Source: a virus. From it: a stretch of 43,553 nucleotides of DNA. A model generated the notes under the pieces. The model did not search any database, was not told where the DNA came from, and worked only from the letters and a program-made list of their open reading frames with translations. Below, in pieces: positions 1-9,152 of the stretch. Both the position numbers and the translations under genes were made by a program. Numbering within the stretch: position 1 is the stretch's first letter; every line of letters begins with the position of its first letter. The stretch is taken from IMG/VR virus record IMGVR_UViG_3300045988_180307; one strand, given 5' to 3'.

Positions 1-34
1 CACAATCTTTTATCCTCTTTACTTTTAAAACAGT
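1..34. repeat. 34-bp direct repeat, left copy (candidate attL core, or terminal overlap of a circular assembly)
   Basis: CACAATCTTTTATCCTCTTTACTTTTAAAACAGT at 1-34 recurs exactly at 43520-43553. The integrase start is about 60 nt inside. Confidence 0.9.
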
Positions 35-54
35 CGGACAAAAGTCGGACAAAA
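33..54 (+). promoter_or_regulatory. Tandem 11-mer GTCGGACAAAA x2 (candidate integrase arm-type sites)
   Basis: Perfect tandem copies at 33-43 and 44-54, abutting the terminal repeat and upstream of int. Confidence 0.4.
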
Positions 55-97
55 AATAATTGAATTCATTAACGGTATACATTTTCGAACTCGAAAA

Positions 98-1279
98 ATG
101 TATAAAAAAATGTTTTCAGAAAGAAAAAGAAAAGGAACTTCTCTGTATGATGTTGTAACCTACACTCTCCCCAAACTGCACACTGGCAAAAACTGGTATG
201 TGGATTTCAAGTGCTACGATCCGCAAGAAGGAAGTATGAAACGAAAAAAATTCATGCTTGACTCAATCACAAAAATTTCGGAACGTAAGAAAAGAGCCAC
301 TGAAATCATAACAGTCACCACACAACGCCTCAGGAACGGCTGGAACCCATGGGCGGAAGCCACAACAGACAGACAATGTGCTAACTTTGTCTATGTCACA
401 GAAATCTATAACAAGTATCTGGAAAAACTCACTTCTGCCAAAACACTAAAACAGAAGACACTCTATGATTACCAATCAAGATTAAACATGCTGCTAGAAT
501 ATAATAACAGCAGGCACCTGCCTATTATGTATATGTATCAATTCGACCAAGCATATATAAGCGACTTTTTGGATTATATCTTATTAGACCGTGATGCCAG
601 TGCCCGGACACGGAATAACTATCGCACCTGGTTATCTACCTTCTGTACCTGGCTGAAGGAAAAAAAATATATCGAGGACAACCCGACCGATAAAATCCGC
701 TCTTTAGCGGAAGAAACGAAATTCCGCTCCGCACTTACGAAAGAGGAGCTTGCACAATTACATGAATATCTGAAAGAGACCAACAAACACTTTTTATTAG
801 CCTGTCAAATGGAATATTATACCTTTATCCGTCCGGACGAGCTAAGCAATATCCGATTAGGAGACATTAAAATCAAGGAGCAAAAAGTTTTTGTATCATC
901 CACTATCAGCAAGAACCGACGCGACGGAATGGTCGGATTGAATGACAGTTTGGTCAAACTGATGATTGAATTAGACATCTTCAAGAACAGTTCAGACTAT
1001 TACCTTTTTGGCAAGGATTTCAAACCCTCTATTCAAAAAGCAGACTCACGCATTTTCCGAGAATACTTCAACAAAGTACGAGCTTTTTTGCGATACCCGA
1101 AAAACTATCAGTTTTACAGTCTAAAAGACTCCGGCATCCGTGATCTGGCAAATGCCGAAGGCATCGTGATAGCCCGTGATCAGGCACGTCATGCGGATAT
1201 CAGCACCACCAACAAATATCTGAAAGGAGATAATATGACCGTACATGAAGAAACCAAGCATTTTGAAGGAAACTTATAA
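98..1279 (+). CDS. int: Tyrosine recombinase / phage integrase
   Basis: 393 aa. C-terminal catalytic-domain signature: YTFIRPDELSNIRLGDI (Arg) and ARDQARHADISTTNKYLKG (His ... Tyr). The N-terminal KNWYVDFKCYDP segment resembles the arm-binding domain of Bacteroidales phage-type integrases. Adjacent to the terminal repeat. Confidence 0.9.
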   Translation: MYKKMFSERKRKGTSLYDVVTYTLPKLHTGKNWYVDFKCYDPQEGSMKRKKFMLDSITKISERKKRATEIITVTTQRLRNGWNPWAEATTDRQCANFVYVTEIYNKYLEKLTSAKTLKQKTLYDYQSRLNMLLEYNNSRHLPIMYMYQFDQAYISDFLDYILLDRDASARTRNNYRTWLSTFCTWLKEKKYIEDNPTDKIRSLAEETKFRSALTKEELAQLHEYLKETNKHFLLACQMEYYTFIRPDELSNIRLGDIKIKEQKVFVSSTISKNRRDGMVGLNDSLVKLMIELDIFKNSSDYYLFGKDFKPSIQKADSRIFREYFNKVRAFLRYPKNYQFYSLKDSGIRDLANAEGIVIARDQARHADISTTNKYLKGDNMTVHEETKHFEGNL

Positions 1280-1290
1280 AAAGAAGGTTA

Positions 1291-1340
1291 ATACATAGTA
1301 ATTTTACTATGTATTATTTGCACATAATAAATTTACTATG
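1291..1340. promoter_or_regulatory. Two operator-like palindromes (ATACATAGTA-ATTT-TACTATGTAT, plus a degenerate second copy)
   Basis: 1291-1314 is a perfect 10+10 palindrome with a 4-nt spacer. CATAATAAATTTACTATG at 1323-1340 repeats it 29 bp downstream with mismatches. Located between the int stop and the next small gene. Confidence 0.45.
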
Positions 1341-1568
1341 TATCTTTACAATGTCAATAAAACAAGAACCATGAATGAAAAAGAAGAAATTTCAGCCTTA
1401 CTCCATCGTTTAACACAGTTAAAAATGGAGTTGAAGATGACAGAGTTCACTTTCAAAAACAACAAAAAGTTAACAGAACAACAAGTAAATTCCATTCTAG
1501 ATGAAAAATTAAGAATAGAAAAATTCATCCGGATTCTGGAAAACAGATTGAAAGAGTTAGAAAATTAA
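1338..1568 (+). CDS. Small hypothetical protein, heptad-rich (coiled-coil-like)
   Basis: 76-aa ORF. A more plausible start is ATG 1371 (MNEKEE...), because the first codons overlap the palindrome. No family recognised. Confidence 0.5.
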   Translation: MYLYNVNKTRTMNEKEEISALLHRLTQLKMELKMTEFTFKNNKKLTEQQVNSILDEKLRIEKFIRILENRLKELEN

Positions 1569-1618
1569 TTGTTAAACCAGCCCCCTTAAACAAGGGGACA
1601 CAATCCTATATAATAAAT

Positions 1619-2041
1619 ATGTCAGACATCAAAAAAGAATTGAAGGAACTGGAAGAGATCATGCATTCAACAGATGAAGACAGAGAACAAAAATTCGAAA
1701 AGAAGTTTCTCTACATCCGAGAACATTACACCAGCGAAGAAGATAATGAGGCTATTTATAACTTTACCCTAAACGGATACAAACAAATCAATAATGAACT
1801 GGAAAACATGACTCGCTATTTGGAACTCCAGAATCAGATCAAAAGCGTAAAGGAAATAATACCTGTTTCATATATCGCCCGGAACTATTTCGGGAAAAGT
1901 GCCGCTTGGTTGCAACAACGTCTTTACGGTTATAAAGTAAGAGGTAAGGTATATACCCTTAACGAAAAGGATATCAAAACCTTAAACCTCGCACTACAGG
2001 ATATTAGCAAAAAGATTGGTTCACTCACCATCGCACTGTGA
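1619..2041 (+). CDS. Small acidic protein with a C-terminal HTH-like module (DUF5053-like from memory); possible excision or regulatory factor
   Basis: 140 aa. YIARNYFGKSAAWLQQRLYGYKVRGKVYTLNEKDIKTLNLALQDISKKIG resembles small proteins found next to Bacteroidales integrases. Followed by a strong terminator. Confidence 0.55.
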   Translation: MSDIKKELKELEEIMHSTDEDREQKFEKKFLYIREHYTSEEDNEAIYNFTLNGYKQINNELENMTRYLELQNQIKSVKEIIPVSYIARNYFGKSAAWLQQRLYGYKVRGKVYTLNEKDIKTLNLALQDISKKIGSLTIAL

Positions 2042-2061
2042 TGGTCTGTTTTATTGACATG

Positions 2062-2095
2062 ATCCCCGTAGTTGAACCGCTACGGGGATTTTCTA
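2062..2095. terminator. Bidirectional intrinsic terminator between convergent genes
   Basis: ATCCCCGTAG-ttgaaccg-CTACGGGGAT is a perfect 10-bp stem, followed by TTTTCTATT on the + strand. It lies between the stop at 2041 (+) and the stop at 2098 (-). Confidence 0.7.
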
Positions 2096-2097
2096 TT

Positions 2098-3867
2098 CTA
2101 GTCAATTCTATAAAATATACCTTTCATCACCTTGTTTATCCCGTTCACATCTATCTCCGCCTCTATTTTCTCACACAAATATTGTTTGTTACCAATTAAG
2201 AACACTTTATTCACATCCGGCAGTTTATCCGTAATGAACTGAATAGTATAAGGAATATCGGAATGAAACAGGTTAAGTGATGACAATTTGTTGCCGATAC
2301 TATCCGGACATACATCATTCAAGCTCAACGAATAAGGCATAAGTGTTGATACCAGCCCTTCAGGTCTTTGTTGGTAATCGGTAAACGGATAAGCATAATC
2401 AAATGATTGCCCGTTAACGGTATGGCGATTGAATATACCGGTATTGATCGCAACCTCCATAATATCACTTTTTTTTTGCTTCTCCTGCAATTCCACATTA
2501 CCTTCAATAGCCTCCTGGATATTGAAGGCACTCTGCTCGTAACCCACTTTATGAAAGCTCACGACCGGGATATTAAAAAACAAGGGAGTGTCTGTGCGCA
2601 CATAATCAAAATTATGTGAAAGAAAAGTGTAAGTACCTATATTGTATTGTACTATTTTGGCCGGAACGATCCGCAAAGAGGCGCTCGTTTCTGATTCCGG
2701 ATTCCGAATCAAGTCAGCATATAAGTTGACTTCACGAAGACTATTTTTATCACCCTCATTATAATTAATGTAATACCGCCTGCCAACCACAAAGAGCGTC
2801 TTTTTTCTGTTCTCATCAGACATGGCGTTATAAGCTTGCACCAGTTCGTCGTAAGTATTGTATTCAGTCTTTTGAGCCGCCTCTATCAATTCCCTATCCA
2901 ACCGTAAGAAGCCATCATCAGTCACAGACGGCAAATCATAACTGACATTGCCGGAACTGATATCTTTATCGTCTTTTTTATCTTCAATCTCCACAGAAAA
3001 CTCATGAAGTACAGCGTCTTCATTAATCACCTCTTTATCAGAAAAAGAAAAATAGTCATTTAATTTGGCGAAACGAACCACTTTTGTATGTTCATCCACA
3101 ATAGTAATCACACCCAAAAACTTCTCCAATTCATCAAAGAATTCTGAAACCGTCCAATGTGGGAGCGCACTGGATATTCCTAATGACGCCACCGCACTAC
3201 AGACATACACATTACGCAAAAAATTATTATCGAAAAAAGAGGTATCAAACGTGTAACCAAAATGCTCCACTATTTTTGTAATCACAGTCATTAAATAAGG
3301 CTGAATACATGTACGCAAGAACTCCGGACAAGGAAGAAATCGGTTAGAGCCATCTTCGTATTGAGCATTATTATTCAAATTCTCCGGATTCACATCCTGA
3401 TAGAAAACAGGAAGCCAGACAGATTCAACCTGATCAACCGATCCATAATAATCAACCATTTCAGAAGCCGGCAAAAATCCTCCAATGGGACGACCTACAA
3501 CCGGTGTCCAATCACTACCTAAATCCAACTCATCCACATAGATATCATCATTGGTCAGCAAATTAAACTCCGCATTTCCGGACACCAGCTGCACTTTAAC
3601 CCGTGTTTCTTCTACAGACATCAATACAGCACTGCCGGATAACAAACATCTGGCATCAACCATAAGGACGGCCGTCAAGATGGTTTTCTTCTTGGTCACA
3701 TCGAGCCGGTTAATATGACCAAAAATCGCGTAATTGGCCGACATTGGAAGTTCTATATCCAATGAATAGTTGGAACTGCGTGTAAAATACGGATTCTCAG
3801 AAGCCAACGTAAAATAAAAATCTTCTGACAATACAGCCAGTTGCCCGTTTATATATAATTCCGTCAT
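2098..3867 (-). CDS. Tail protein downstream of the tape measure (distal tail / baseplate-like, by position only)
   Basis: 589 aa. Its start overlaps the tape-measure stop by 4 nt (3864-3867). No motif recognised. Confidence 0.6.
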   Translation of the reverse strand: MTELYINGQLAVLSEDFYFTLASENPYFTRSSNYSLDIELPMSANYAIFGHINRLDVTKKKTILTAVLMVDARCLLSGSAVLMSVEETRVKVQLVSGNAEFNLLTNDDIYVDELDLGSDWTPVVGRPIGGFLPASEMVDYYGSVDQVESVWLPVFYQDVNPENLNNNAQYEDGSNRFLPCPEFLRTCIQPYLMTVITKIVEHFGYTFDTSFFDNNFLRNVYVCSAVASLGISSALPHWTVSEFFDELEKFLGVITIVDEHTKVVRFAKLNDYFSFSDKEVINEDAVLHEFSVEIEDKKDDKDISSGNVSYDLPSVTDDGFLRLDRELIEAAQKTEYNTYDELVQAYNAMSDENRKKTLFVVGRRYYINYNEGDKNSLREVNLYADLIRNPESETSASLRIVPAKIVQYNIGTYTFLSHNFDYVRTDTPLFFNIPVVSFHKVGYEQSAFNIQEAIEGNVELQEKQKKSDIMEVAINTGIFNRHTVNGQSFDYAYPFTDYQQRPEGLVSTLMPYSLSLNDVCPDSIGNKLSSLNLFHSDIPYTIQFITDKLPDVNKVFLIGNKQYLCEKIEAEIDVNGINKVMKGIFYRID

Positions 3868-6800
3868 AACTTATTGCGTGATTTATTGTTATTTAAACGA
3901 TTGTATTCTTTTTGCGCCTGATTAATGCCATGTTTGCCTGTAACATATGTTTCAGCCACCAACGGTTCTTGAAGGCGAGACTTAACTTTTTTCATTGTCT
4001 CAGCACATTCAACCACCAGACGATGCAGTTCCAAATCCACCCCGGTTCCACCTTCGGATACTGGCACCACAGCAGACGGAGCAACCACAGCCGACACATC
4101 GCTAGCAGTCAGGCTGCCCACTGTATTGGTACGCTGCGCATGATCAATCAAATTAAGTACGGGACGAATAGCCGGGTTTGCCACCGCAAAACGGTTGGCA
4201 ACAAATTCATTGGAATGTACAATACCCTGAGGGCGATCCCATTCACCAGGACCTGTGAAGCCTCCAGTATAGAAATTACCAATCATCCCCTTAACTGCTG
4301 CAAATGCAACTTTAATGGCCGCAATCTGGGCAGCCGCTTTCGCTATACCGATAAAAGACAAAGGAGCAGTAGCCGCTGCATTTTTTGCTGTGATTTCAAC
4401 AGCTGCGATTTCAATAACTTTCTCCAAGGCATCAACCGCCATTAGCAGGGTCTCACGGAGAAAACTCTTCATTGTCAGTTCTCCATTAGCAATCATTTCA
4501 CCTAAAGTCTGCCCATAATCCTCAGCTATCCCCTTAGCCATATCCGTATATTTTTGGGCCAAGGCCCTTTCTTTATCCTGAGCCTCTTTTCTTTTTTGGT
4601 ATTCCCGTTCATCCTCCTTCAACCTGTTAGCGTTAATTTGCTTTTGGAAGTCTGCTTTTTGTTGTTCTGTTAATTGATAATTGGCCAGCATATCGCTATA
4701 ATAACCGTATTCCAAATCAGACAAAACCTGAAGATAATCTTCTTCAGATGTCAGGTTTTGATAATGATAACGGGCAGCTGCTTCAACATCTAACTGATAT
4801 CGCTTTTCTCTGGCTGTCAAAGCACGTTGCTGTGCCTCTTTATACTCTTTATCATCTTCTTGCCTGCAACGCTCTTTGAATTTAATTTGTGCATCTAAAA
4901 TCTTTTGATTGATTTTTTCAATCTCATCTGGCTCCATACCAGCAATATCTAGCTGTCTGTTCAAATGCTGCATCTCTAAATCTTCAACCAACCGGGCATA
5001 CTCTTCTTGCGTCATCAAGTCACTGTCAATATACAATTGCTTGAGATGTGTCAATTCAGACAAATATTCTTTTTCCTCCTTAACCAACGCATCTTTTTTC
5101 GCTTTTGACCTCTCCCCTTCTGTTAAAGTGCCACCTCCATTGTTTTTACCATCGTTTTTTACTACATCGGGCTGAATGTCGCTAGCTGCAATTTCAGCAT
5201 TAACATCTTTAATGGCCTGATTTAACTGATCAAGACGAGCCTGAGTCTTATTCAGTTCTTGATTGGCTATCGTGAGCTGGCTACGTGCTTGCTGAGTAGA
5301 CGCATCTGTAGCTTTAGCCAACGCTCTTGTACCTTGTGTGCCCAAACTAGTAGCCCGAGCCGATGCCATAAACTGTGCCGCATTAAAATTGGCATTGGCT
5401 CGCTTCACCTCTTCTTGTTGTTTTCTCTCCAGCTTCTCCGTCTTGCGTTGTTCCCGATACAGTCCTGCCAACTCTTCTCTAGCCGCCTCCAGTTTGATTT
5501 GTTTCTCCAATTGCACCAAATAGTCTTTGATGGCACCCGTATTGTCATTCATCAACTTGCCCTCTTCATTTAGCATACCGTTGTAACCCGGAACGATTTG
5601 TTTCAATTCATCAATACAGCGACGGCGTTCATTATAGGAGAAATTCTGATTATGAATCACATTTGTCAGCAATCTAATTTTTGACTCCTGCTCGCCATAT
5701 TTATCATTCAAATCATTACTAATGCGCAACATTGATTTCTGACTTTCTGTAACCCTGTTTTGCTCTCTTTTTAAATCAATCAGCCTACCGATTAAAGCTG
5801 CTACCCCTACCGCTAAAAAAGCATAAGGATTTGCCTTAACAAATTTACCTAGAGAAAGCAGCGATGCAACGATTTTTTCATTCCAAACCACCTGTAATTT
5901 CGACCAGGCAACATCCGCTTTTTTATAAGCGATCAAAGCAAACAATGTCACACAGGTACTTGCTAACGCACCCTTGTATTTAACCAACCAATCAATCAAT
6001 GCCGGAGCCATACTAAGTAATTTAGTAGTCCATCCCGTCAACATATTGAGAGAGGGATTTAATTTTTCCATTAATTCAATGCCTGTCTCTCTTATTTTAT
6101 TCTTCAGCTGAGCCAAACGCGCCTCGTTGGTTTCAGAGTTAATTGCCGCCTGTTCCATGGCCACGTTAGTACCGGTCACCGCCTTGGTATAATATTCAAC
6201 TTTGTCCGCACCGTCTATCAAGGTCTGTGCTACCGTGTAGGTTTCTGCACCAAAACGCTTCACGATTTCTTCTGTAGATAGTTTTTGTAAATTCTTCAGA
6301 GCCGTTTGCAAGCCCACTATCTTGGGATTTGTCTCATCTGCTCCCGTCTGTAGGCGAAGGAAAAACATCTTCAGTCCAGTACCAGCCACCTCGTTCACAA
6401 TTCCTTTCTCTGCTAGAGTCTCGATGCTACCTACCAATTGCTCAATGGGAACATTAGCCGTAGAAGCGGAAACACCAGCTTTAGTGACGGCTGCCGTAAT
6501 GCTCTGTACAGCTGCGGAACCGTATTTGGACCCCGCAGCCATCACATTGGCATAGTCGGCCGCCTTCTCGGATGATGCCCCATATTGGTTCATTGATAAC
6601 GTAACCGCATCAACCGCTTCTTTTAAATCCATCTTGGCAGCCTTGGACAAACGCATCGCCTCAATGGTCACGGCATTCAACGCCTCTTTATTACCCAACA
6701 AATCCGGTTTGGCAGACCCTACCAACATATATGCCTCAAGAATCTCTTTACTGGACTGAGTAACCCGAAGTCCAGACTTGTGCATCGAAGTAGACAATAT

Positions 6801-7406
6801 CTCGGCCTGTCGGGCAAGCCACTGAATGGATGCATCATCCAACCCGGTAAGAGCCTTCAGATTGGCAGCCGACGCCTCTTTATCATCACGGTCTTTGCGC
6901 ATTTTGTTCAACGTCATGGATATACCGGTAATGGCAGCTATACCGGATGCCGCCAACGCCCCCCATTTGGCAAATCCATTATTAAACCGGGTCAACCACC
7001 CCTCAGATTCTTTAATTTCATCATTTACTTTACGAATCTCCGCATTGACCAACTTGAGTTGTGCCTGGTACTTCTTCCACTCTTCAGAACCTCGGGCTAT
7101 GTGACCGGAATTCAACTTAGCATTGATATCTTTCAACAGCCGTCGAAGTTCTTTTGGAGTGGCCAAACCAATATTGTTCATAGCCGCATCAATATTCCGA
7201 GCGTTATCCCTCATAGCGCGCAATGCTATATTGGTCTCTTTCAGTTCTTTTTGTAACTGCTTGACTTTTTTGGTATCACCCGCATTTTGGGCTTCAACAA
7301 TTCTGGCTTTTAAAGAGAGCGCATGTTGTTCCATCAATTGCATCTCTTTTCTAGCCTGCTCCCCATTCACCTGGAGTTCAACGGTCGCTTTTTCATGTAT
7401 AGCCAT
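3864..7406 (-). CDS. Tail tape measure protein
   Basis: 1180 aa. Long K/E/Q-rich coiled-coil-like stretches and hydrophobic segments (WGALAASGIAAITGISM, AFLAVGVAALIGRLI). The segment DYANVMAAGSKYGSAAVQSITAAVTKAGVSASTANVPIEQLVGSIETLAEKGIVNEVAGTGLKMFFLRL resembles the TP901-type tape-measure core. Confidence 0.8.
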   Translation of the reverse strand: MAIHEKATVELQVNGEQARKEMQLMEQHALSLKARIVEAQNAGDTKKVKQLQKELKETNIALRAMRDNARNIDAAMNNIGLATPKELRRLLKDINAKLNSGHIARGSEEWKKYQAQLKLVNAEIRKVNDEIKESEGWLTRFNNGFAKWGALAASGIAAITGISMTLNKMRKDRDDKEASAANLKALTGLDDASIQWLARQAEILSTSMHKSGLRVTQSSKEILEAYMLVGSAKPDLLGNKEALNAVTIEAMRLSKAAKMDLKEAVDAVTLSMNQYGASSEKAADYANVMAAGSKYGSAAVQSITAAVTKAGVSASTANVPIEQLVGSIETLAEKGIVNEVAGTGLKMFFLRLQTGADETNPKIVGLQTALKNLQKLSTEEIVKRFGAETYTVAQTLIDGADKVEYYTKAVTGTNVAMEQAAINSETNEARLAQLKNKIRETGIELMEKLNPSLNMLTGWTTKLLSMAPALIDWLVKYKGALASTCVTLFALIAYKKADVAWSKLQVVWNEKIVASLLSLGKFVKANPYAFLAVGVAALIGRLIDLKREQNRVTESQKSMLRISNDLNDKYGEQESKIRLLTNVIHNQNFSYNERRRCIDELKQIVPGYNGMLNEEGKLMNDNTGAIKDYLVQLEKQIKLEAAREELAGLYREQRKTEKLERKQQEEVKRANANFNAAQFMASARATSLGTQGTRALAKATDASTQQARSQLTIANQELNKTQARLDQLNQAIKDVNAEIAASDIQPDVVKNDGKNNGGGTLTEGERSKAKKDALVKEEKEYLSELTHLKQLYIDSDLMTQEEYARLVEDLEMQHLNRQLDIAGMEPDEIEKINQKILDAQIKFKERCRQEDDKEYKEAQQRALTAREKRYQLDVEAAARYHYQNLTSEEDYLQVLSDLEYGYYSDMLANYQLTEQQKADFQKQINANRLKEDEREYQKRKEAQDKERALAQKYTDMAKGIAEDYGQTLGEMIANGELTMKSFLRETLLMAVDALEKVIEIAAVEITAKNAAATAPLSFIGIAKAAAQIAAIKVAFAAVKGMIGNFYTGGFTGPGEWDRPQGIVHSNEFVANRFAVANPAIRPVLNLIDHAQRTNTVGSLTASDVSAVVAPSAVVPVSEGGTGVDLELHRLVVECAETMKKVKSRLQEPLVAETYVTGKHGINQAQKEYNRLNNNKSRNKL

Positions 7407-7508
7407 CTTTTTTTATTTCAAAAATAAGGTTATAAAAACAGTCGGTAAAAGACAAGAAAAACCCGACTCATCACGAGCCGGGGCAGTCCAATTTATAAAT
7501 TTAAAGTC

Positions 7509-8027
7509 TTATGATGAAGATTGTCTGTTGCGCCAATGTTTTACTATCAGCACAACAACAAGCAAAACGGTTACACAAACACAGGCAAAACCGATTTGTT
7601 CAGGCAGCGTGGATTCTTTTTTCTCCTTTACCCCTTCAGTCTTGGTTTTCTCATAGATATCGGAAGTGGTTTCCTTGTCAGCTTTCACCTCCGTACTGTC
7701 TTTGGTTGCAGTTTCCTTCTTTTCATTCTTATTGAAATCAGCTTCCACATGACCGTCCGCCAATAACGGAGGTTTCCCAGTCAGACTGTCGGGCGGTTTT
7801 CGGGTATCATAGATACGGAAATCAATTACATAGCTGCCATTAGTGGTTATCAGCTTTCTTAAAGAAGTAGCAGATCCATGTACGATATTGACCGATTCAC
7901 TGGCACTGTCCTTCCTGATTACTTCTGTATCGGATTTGACAGCCTTATGCGAGCTGCCACATGATCCGAACAGCAGGAACAGACACATGAAAGGAGCCAG
8001 CAATATATGCCGGCTTACCCAGTTCAT
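7509..8027 (-). CDS. Lipoprotein with a C-terminal transmembrane anchor (unimolecular-spanin-like lysis protein)
   Basis: From the internal start it reads MNWVSRHILLAPFMCLFLLFGSC|GSS, a signal peptide plus lipobox Cys. The C-terminus GFACVCVTVLLVVVLIVKHWRNR is a TM helix. It is the last gene of the holin-endolysin cassette. The ORF track extends to 8054. Confidence 0.6.
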   Translation of the reverse strand: MNWVSRHILLAPFMCLFLLFGSCGSSHKAVKSDTEVIRKDSASESVNIVHGSATSLRKLITTNGSYVIDFRIYDTRKPPDSLTGKPPLLADGHVEADFNKNEKKETATKDSTEVKADKETTSDIYEKTKTEGVKEKKESTLPEQIGFACVCVTVLLVVVLIVKHWRNRQSSS

Positions 8028-8031
8028 AACT

Positions 8032-8556
8032 CTAACCAACATAAGAGATGTCATTTATGCGGTTCATCCACCCTCTCTTAAATTTATTATTGGTCGGACG
8101 CTGAAGACAAATATCCTCAATAAAGTCAAACCGGGCAATCTTAATCATGTCGAACAACTCACGCGGATTCTTGGCATTTACTGCGGCAATGGTCTTGGAA
8201 CCTACAATGCCATCCACCGTAACACCAAGCAAGCGTTGAGGTATCTTTATTCCGTGCGCACCGGATGCCCACACCCAGTCCACAAGAATATTTGCCACAG
8301 ACTGATCCTGTATCAAATCAGCTTTCCATCTATCCCAATAATGTGGTTTGAGTACACGATTAACAACATCTTCACGGGTAAGTATGTGTAAATCATCCAC
8401 ATCTATATCACCGTCACCATCCTTATCATAGCCGCACGATTTCCATGTGCCGATAGTCACACCCATATTGGTAGCCCCTCCCAAATCATCAGGATCATCA
8501 ATAAAACCGCCTTCCCACTTTAGGATAAACGGTGCAAGTTTATTCACATCAGCCAT
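8032..8556 (-). CDS. Endolysin, glycoside hydrolase family 108-like with a C-terminal peptidoglycan-binding region
   Basis: 174 aa. [28 protein letters not shown] is the GH108 (DUF847) N-terminal signature. Its start overlaps the holin stop. Confidence 0.85.
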   Translation of the reverse strand: MADVNKLAPFILKWEGGFIDDPDDLGGATNMGVTIGTWKSCGYDKDGDGDIDVDDLHILTREDVVNRVLKPHYWDRWKADLIQDQSVANILVDWVWASGAHGIKIPQRLLGVTVDGIVGSKTIAAVNAKNPRELFDMIKIARFDFIEDICLQRPTNNKFKRGWMNRINDISYVG

Positions 8557-8797
8557 TTTTATTTTCCTCTTTATCTTTTAATTTATCCACTAAATGATTA
8601 AACTTGGTTGTTACATAAACTCCGATACCAAATATGCCTCCGGCATACATCAAGCATTGAGCAAAAAACCACAATACGGATTCATGTATCTGACCTGTCG
8701 GTTCCACAATGAACCCCGCCACAGACAAGCCAACACCAGCCACTAACATACTCACTGCTGTATAAATCTGCACTTCCTCTTTTGTTTCTTTCTTCAT
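8549..8797 (-). CDS. Holin-like small membrane protein (two TM helices)
   Basis: 82 aa. Two hydrophobic helices ([42 protein letters not shown]) and a charged C-terminal tail. Immediately upstream of the endolysin. Confidence 0.7.
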   Translation of the reverse strand: MKKETKEEVQIYTAVSMLVAGVGLSVAGFIVEPTGQIHESVLWFFAQCLMYAGGIFGIGVYVTTKFNHLVDKLKDKEENKNG

Positions 8798-8902
8798 GAT
8801 ATTTTTTATGCCGCTTTATAAAAACAGGCACAAACCAACCAATAAATAACAATATAAAAAAAGACAAGAAAAATTGATTATAAAGCTTTCTGCTAAACCC
8901 AA

Positions 8903-8950
8903 TAGTAGAAATCTAGTAGAAATATTAACATACAAACACTTATTTCTACT
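8903..8950. repeat. TAGTAGAAAT motif: two direct copies plus one inverted copy in a divergent intergenic region
   Basis: TAGTAGAAAT at 8903-8912 and 8914-8923. The inverted copy ATTTCTACT is at 8942-8950. Located between the holin start (8797, -) and the fibre gene start (9046, +). Confidence 0.5.
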
Positions 8951-9006
8951 GAATATCTACCACTATTCAATAAAATGATATTATCAATTGATATTCAACT
9001 TATCAT

Positions 9007-9152
9007 CCAAGTTCCGGCGGAACTTAGGCTAAAACAGGAGATATTATGGTAAAAATGCATAAACTGACGAAGGGCGGACAAACCATTTACCCGGCTACCA
9101 TCTATGATGCGGTGGTCAATCCAAAGACGCGTAAGAGCTTGACTACGGAAAT
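9007..9152 (+). repeat. Inverted repeat, left arm (5' UTR + RBS + first ~35 codons of tail-fibre gene A)
   Basis: Reverse-complement match to 14077-14223. The outer 62 nt are identical apart from one extra A in a homopolymer. The inner 84 nt have 11 mismatches by hand alignment. Contains the palindrome GTTCCG-G-CGGAAC. Confidence 0.9.

Noticed and set aside
7431-7455. AAAACAGTCGGTAAAAG upstream of the tape-measure gene, which resembles the att-proximal AAAACAGTCGGACAAAAG (27-45) and might be a secondary integrase site
   Set aside because: It is a single 11-nt exact match without the tandem structure or the core inverted repeat. It is interesting but not enough to call a site.
3912-7656. Multiple + strand ORFs (for example 3912-4445, 6780-7256, 7123-7656) inside or abutting the tape-measure gene
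   Set aside because: They lie antisense to a 1180-aa ORF with clear tape-measure features. Their products are low-complexity and Ser/Cys/Phe-rich, typical of shadow ORFs opposite a K/E/A-rich gene.
8682-8867. Alternative 61-aa ORF overlapping the holin gene start
   Set aside because: It is in a different frame on the same strand and overlaps the better-supported two-TM holin ORF, which is translationally coupled to the endolysin.
8975-9006. ATGATA ... TATCAT half-sites upstream of fibre A as a CI operator
   Set aside because: The spacing (20 nt) differs from the 20-bp operators at 42859-42909, and 6-mers of this composition are common in AT-rich DNA.
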